Source: a virus
DNA length: 64,000 bases
Direction: 5' to 3' (one strand)
IMG/VR virus record: IMGVR_UViG_3300048798_000032
Span: 39,429-103,428 of that record
Shown here: piece by piece, positions 60,091-64,000 of the stretch
How positions within the stretch are numbered: position 1 is the first letter of the stretch
Layout of the letters: every line of letters begins with the position of its first letter
Notes under the pieces: generated by a model
Database searches by the model: none
The model's input: only the letters and a program-made list of their open reading frames with translations
Told to the model about the DNA's origin: nothing
Translations under genes and position numbers: made by a program

Positions 60091-61080
60091 TCAGGAAACG
60101 CCCTTGGTGGTGACCACGCCGAACGGGAACCGCTGAGTGATCGTCTTGTTTCTCTGCATCACGGTCACCGGGTTAACGGTGGCATAAGCCATTCTGAGCA
60201 CCAGGCGCATTGCCACTGTGTCCTGCTGCATAAGGTTAGTCAAAACCTGTCCGGCGTCATTGGAGATGACGCCCTCACTGAACAGCTTGAACGTCATGTC
60301 CTGCCGCAGGCCGATGATGGCCTTGCCGAAGTCCCCGGCGATGAGCTGGGCCTTGGTGGCGTCCCAGGTGCCGTTCTCCGGCATGGAGATCGGGAAACCG
60401 TACAGGCTGGCGTTCCCCGGGCCGACGGTCATGTCGGAGTTCGGCATGAAGATCGGCACACCGCTGCCACTGGCGCGCAGGCCCATCAGCCGCCAGTTGA
60501 GACCCGGCCTTCCCGCGAAGCCGGTGACGTTGTAGCCGGTCTGGGACATCAGGTCACCCAGGGCGGTGACGGAGACGCCGAAGTCGTCGGCCACGGTCAC
60601 GCCGTCGTCGGTGTAGCCGTCCTGGATGAGGTTGCCGGAGGCGTGCGCGGCGGTGTAGATGTCGGTGCCCCAGGACGCGGGCTTGCCGACGCCCCAGAAC
60701 ACGGCCTGGTCGATCAGCGCACCGAGGGCCTCGATCATCCTCGGCCGCACCTCGGACCAGATCGGCACGTCCGCATCAGCCAGGTACGCCTCGGGCACCG
60801 GGACGATGGTCGCGGCCTCGGCCACGTCCAGGGTGACGTTCGCCCATTCCTGGTTGGTGGTCTGCTTGAGCCCGGTGTCCCCACCGACCCAGTAGGCGTA
60901 CGGCAGCACGTTGAGGACGGGCATGCGCATGGTCTGGCTGGACAGGGTGGTGCGGCGCATCAGCGCCAGCGCGGCGGACTGCCGGGGCAGTTCCTGGATG
61001 ATCTCCGCGCTGAGCGGCTCGGGCACGAGGGCGTCCGATCCGCCGCTGGTGCGCTGGATCATGTCGGTGTAGTCGGGCAT
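60091..61080 (-). CDS. major capsid protein (HK97 fold)
   Basis: LVPEPLSAEIIQ, AYWVG, LYGFP, GDF..GLRQD, NLMQQDTVAMR. Confidence 0.92.
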   Translation of the reverse strand: MPDYTDMIQRTSGGSDALVPEPLSAEIIQELPRQSAALALMRRTTLSSQTMRMPVLNVLPYAYWVGGDTGLKQTTNQEWANVTLDVAEAATIVPVPEAYLADADVPIWSEVRPRMIEALGALIDQAVFWGVGKPASWGTDIYTAAHASGNLIQDGYTDDGVTVADDFGVSVTALGDLMSQTGYNVTGFAGRPGLNWRLMGLRASGSGVPIFMPNSDMTVGPGNASLYGFPISMPENGTWDATKAQLIAGDFGKAIIGLRQDMTFKLFSEGVISNDAGQVLTNLMQQDTVAMRLVLRMAYATVNPVTVMQRNKTITQRFPFGVVTTKGVS

Positions 61081-61134
61081 CTGGCCGATCCTTCTTCCGT
61101 GGCTGGCAGCCAGACACCGGGTCCGCTGCGGGTG

Positions 61135-61875
61135 TTACTTCTTGGTGGTCAGGGCCTGCCGGATCCAGGCGTTGGCGTCCTGGGGCTTGTTGTCGCTGGC
61201 GGGCATTCCTGCGGGGCGCAGCGACTCAACGGGGCGCGAGGAGCCGCCGTTGCGGGCACCGTTCTGCTGGCCGCCATTGGCTGCGGCCTGGGCCTTCACA
61301 GCAGCGGCGGCGATGAGCTCGGCGCGCTCGTTGATCGCGGCGGCGAGGGCTTCCGCGGAGGTGTTGCACTCGTCCTCGGTGGTGCCGGTGATCTGGTCGA
61401 TCAGCGACGGCGGGATGTCGTAGGCCGCGGCGGCCATGGTGCGGGCCAGCTTCGCCTCGGCCTTGGCTGCGCGTTCCTCGGCGGCGGCGGCGCGGTCGGC
61501 GATCTTCTGCTGCTCGGTCTTCTGGGATTCGACGTACTCGTCGTGCGCCTTCGCCTTGCCGGCGTTGTCCTTGGCGCGCTGTTCCCAGGTGCGCGACTGC
61601 CGCAGGAGCTTCTTGTAGTCGGCCTCGGCCTTCTTCAGCCGTTCCGCCGGGTCATCGTCCTTGCCGTCCCCGTCTGCGTCGCCGGGGCGGTTCACGGCGT
61701 CGGCGAGCAGATCCTCCGCGCTGCGGTCGTCAGTCCCGGGCGCGGGGCTGTGTGCTCCCGTGGTGCCCGTGGCACCGTTGTCCTGGCCGGGCGCCCCGGC
61801 GTCGGTTCCCTGCGTCTGCGTGTCGCTGCTGGCGCTGTCCGTGGCGGACCCTGCGCCTGCGTCGGTCTCTGGCAT
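61135..61875 (-). CDS. capsid scaffolding protein
   Basis: SRTWEQRAK, KTEQQK, ITGTTEDE; directly upstream of the capsid gene. Confidence 0.8.
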   Translation of the reverse strand: MPETDAGAGSATDSASSDTQTQGTDAGAPGQDNGATGTTGAHSPAPGTDDRSAEDLLADAVNRPGDADGDGKDDDPAERLKKAEADYKKLLRQSRTWEQRAKDNAGKAKAHDEYVESQKTEQQKIADRAAAAEERAAKAEAKLARTMAAAAYDIPPSLIDQITGTTEDECNTSAEALAAAINERAELIAAAAVKAQAAANGGQQNGARNGGSSRPVESLRPAGMPASDNKPQDANAWIRQALTTKK

Positions 61876-61957
61876 TGCTTGTCTCCCGTTGCGGGCATGG
61901 AAAAGGCGCTCGCCGTGGGCGGCGTGCGCCTGGGTGGTGCGGTGCTGCTGGCCTTAC

Positions 61958-62056
61958 CTGAAAACTCCCAGGAAGCCCCTGCCTTCAGGCATGGGGAGGA
62001 ACCCCGGCCGGTGACGGCCGGAATCCCCCGGCTTCAGCCGTGGGGAGGATAGTCAA
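61958..62056 (+). mobile_element. 99-bp non-autonomous IS200/IS605 derivative
   Basis: after TTAC; left and right hairpins similar to the tnpB element; ends TCAA; no ORF. Confidence 0.8.
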
Positions 62057-62562
62057 GCGGCCTTCTTCTTCGACTGCGAGCGGGCAGCGAAGATGCGCGC
62101 GACCTTCGGGTTCATCCCCTTGGCTATGAGCTTCTTCGTCTCGGCCGCGATGGCGCTGTCGTCGTCATCCGGGATGCTGGAACTGCCGCTCGAGGATGAC
62201 GAGCCACTGCCAGAACTCGCCGGCGAGGAGGAGCCGGAACTGGAGGATGACGAGGAGCCGGATCCGCTGCTCTTGCTGGAGTCCGAGCCGGAGTCGTCGC
62301 TGCCGCTGGTGAGGTTCCCGTCGCTTCCCCAGGTATCAGGGACCATCGACGAGAGCCCCAGCGCCTTCGCACGGGCCATCACGTATTTCCTGACCCGGGC
62401 GCGTGCCTCATCCGTATTCGGGCGGACGCGGCCGATCGCCTTGATCGCATGATCCAGATCGGTGCGATTCCGGATCTGGAACGACGGCTCGCCCTTGGCG
62501 TTCTTGATCGCCTTCCCCTGGGCCTGGAGCTTCCGCATCGTCGCCGCATCTGGAGCCGCCAT
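62053..62562 (-). CDS. head-region hypothetical protein with Ser-rich linker
   Basis: FQIRNRTDLDHAIKAIGR..ARAKALG..PDTW. Confidence 0.65.
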   Translation of the reverse strand: MAAPDAATMRKLQAQGKAIKNAKGEPSFQIRNRTDLDHAIKAIGRVRPNTDEARARVRKYVMARAKALGLSSMVPDTWGSDGNLTSGSDDSGSDSSKSSGSGSSSSSSSGSSSPASSGSGSSSSSGSSSIPDDDDSAIAAETKKLIAKGMNPKVARIFAARSQSKKKAA

Positions 62563-62565
62563 GGT

Positions 62566-62996
62566 TCACTTGCCCTTCTTGCCGTGCTTCGCGCGCTTCC
62601 CGGTCTTCCTGGCAGGTTGCGGGATGCCCAGCGGCCGGTCTGTTACCGGGGTCCCGAGTGGTTCGGGGACGAGCGGGTCGGGGCCGTCCCCGGCGCGCTT
62701 GATCATGGCGTCGTAGACGGGTTCGGCTGGGGCGTCGTCGTCAGGCATTGCTGACCCCCAATTCGCGGCGAGGGGAGATGGGCTGTCAGTGGCGTGCGCT
62801 ATGCGGCCGGGGGCGCTGTGTCCCCTCTTCGCCGCTGCTGCGGGTTGCGGTTTCACGGGCGGCGAGCAGGTGCTCGATGCACACCCACCGGTCACCGACG
62901 CGGGCGATCAGGTGACCGGGGCGGATGAAACAGCCGCAGGCGAGCCGGGATGCCTTGCGGGCCTTCCGGGCACGGTCGGCGACGAGGGAAGACATG
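62566..62996 (-). other. two small hypothetical ORFs (62566-62748, 62786-62996)
   Basis: coupled ORFs. Confidence 0.45.
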
Positions 62997-63014
62997 GCAT
63001 CGTGCCCCCTCGGC

Positions 63015-63821
63015 TTATGCGGCTGGCCGCACCCTGATCCCGTCCCGGCCGGTTTTCTGGTCCCAGTACCGGCGCCACGCCCGCAGCGCGTCCTTCTTGT
63101 GGAGCCCACGGGTGACCTGCTGCCACTGCTGGTAGAGGCCATCGTCGAGCAGGGCCTGGGCATCCTGCCTGCTGAAGATCGGAGCGGCGGCACAGCGGCA
63201 GTGATTATGTGCCTTAAATCCGGCCGATGCTTGTGACTTATAGTCCACTCGCGTTGCCAGCATCGCGCACCACGCGCACGGGTTCGCCGCCGTGACCCGC
63301 ATCCACGCCACAGCCTCCGGATCGGCCTGCACCGAGGCGAGGACGGCCTGCCGGGCACCGTTGGAGATCAGCCGCGACGCCGCCCCAGACATCACCACGG
63401 ACGTGTTCTCCATCGCCTGCTCAAGCGGCTGCGCCTGCCTGATCCTGCCCAGCAGCGCATACGGGCCGGTGGAGTCCAGGGTGGCCACCACAAGCGCCTG
63501 CGGCGGAGGCGGCAAGGTGACCTGCGGCGCGCTGCCCATCACCCCTGCCGCGATCCTGGCCTGTGCGTAGTACCCCTGTGCCTGCGTGACCGACATGCCG
63601 AACCGGGTCTCGATCAGCGCCGACAGGGCAGTGCGGATAGCTGGCCACGACGACCGGACATCCCGCAGGTTCAGTTGCTGCCAGACAGCCAGGATGTCCG
63701 CGATGGCCATGGAGGCCAGGAGGGACTGTGAGGCGTAGAACGCGGACGCGAGCTGAGCCTGCACCGCTGCGGTCGCGGTCGGGTAGCCGCGAGCGGTGGC
63801 GACCGTGCCGGGCATGGTCAC
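63015..63821 (-). CDS. head morphogenesis / capsid maturation protein
   Basis: WMRV..PCAWCAMLATR..YKS..AHNHCRC. Confidence 0.75.
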   Translation of the reverse strand: MTMPGTVATARGYPTATAAVQAQLASAFYASQSLLASMAIADILAVWQQLNLRDVRSSWPAIRTALSALIETRFGMSVTQAQGYYAQARIAAGVMGSAPQVTLPPPPQALVVATLDSTGPYALLGRIRQAQPLEQAMENTSVVMSGAASRLISNGARQAVLASVQADPEAVAWMRVTAANPCAWCAMLATRVDYKSQASAGFKAHNHCRCAAAPIFSRQDAQALLDDGLYQQWQQVTRGLHKKDALRAWRRYWDQKTGRDGIRVRPAA

Positions 63822-64000
63822 GGGGATGCAGTGTCCCTCTCGGTGGTGGCTTGCCGCAAGTAGCAGGCCAGCGACTGGACATCCGGCGAGCCGTTCGGCA
63901 CCGGCAGCGGCTGGTCGCCCGGCCGGTGCCTGAGTGCGCTGCTGGGCACTAATCCCGCTCGGTGGTGTGGTGCTTGTGCTCCGTCCCGGGCGAGTTGTGC

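Noticed and set aside
44085-62052. Long + strand ORFs (44085-46526, 50578-52533, 60037-62052 and similar)
   Set aside because: Antisense shadows of high-GC structural genes with no motifs

Overview
The whole window is a high-GC temperate siphovirus of an Actinomycetota host. It appears to be in the excised (attP) state, because phage genes flank both sides of the putative attP. The + strand from 1 to about 25.8 kb holds early genes: a C5 DNA methyltransferase, replication initiator and loader, HD hydrolase, MazG-like and SLOG proteins, many small ORFs, an intein-containing RtcB and two tRNAs. The stretch 25.9-29.4 kb is a recombination/immunity block: a Xer-like resolvase with a dif-like site, HicB, excisionase, repressor, integrase, and an attP carrying the 3' end of glnA. 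A five-unit Y-RNA-like array and a Ro60/TROVE gene occupy 31.0-33.2 kb. The - strand from 33.2 to 64 kb holds lysis, tail and head genes, interrupted by a tnpB-only IS200/IS605 element, a 99-bp derivative of it and an HNH gene; portal and terminase are not in the window. Two RNA-based systems stand out. (1) At 3.6-5.5 kb, a small Cas7/RAMP-like gene and a winged-helix gene are embedded in six tracts of GGY-NN pentamers punctuated by four tRNA-like mini-helices, suggesting a non-CRISPR programmable guide array (VIPR-like). (2) At 31.0-31.55 kb, an array of Ro-binding-type RNAs shares one conserved scaffold but carries different cargo domains, including a circularly permuted tRNA mimic and an intact tRNA-Asn anticodon arm plus T arm. 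All family assignments come from motif recognition by eye; no searches were run.
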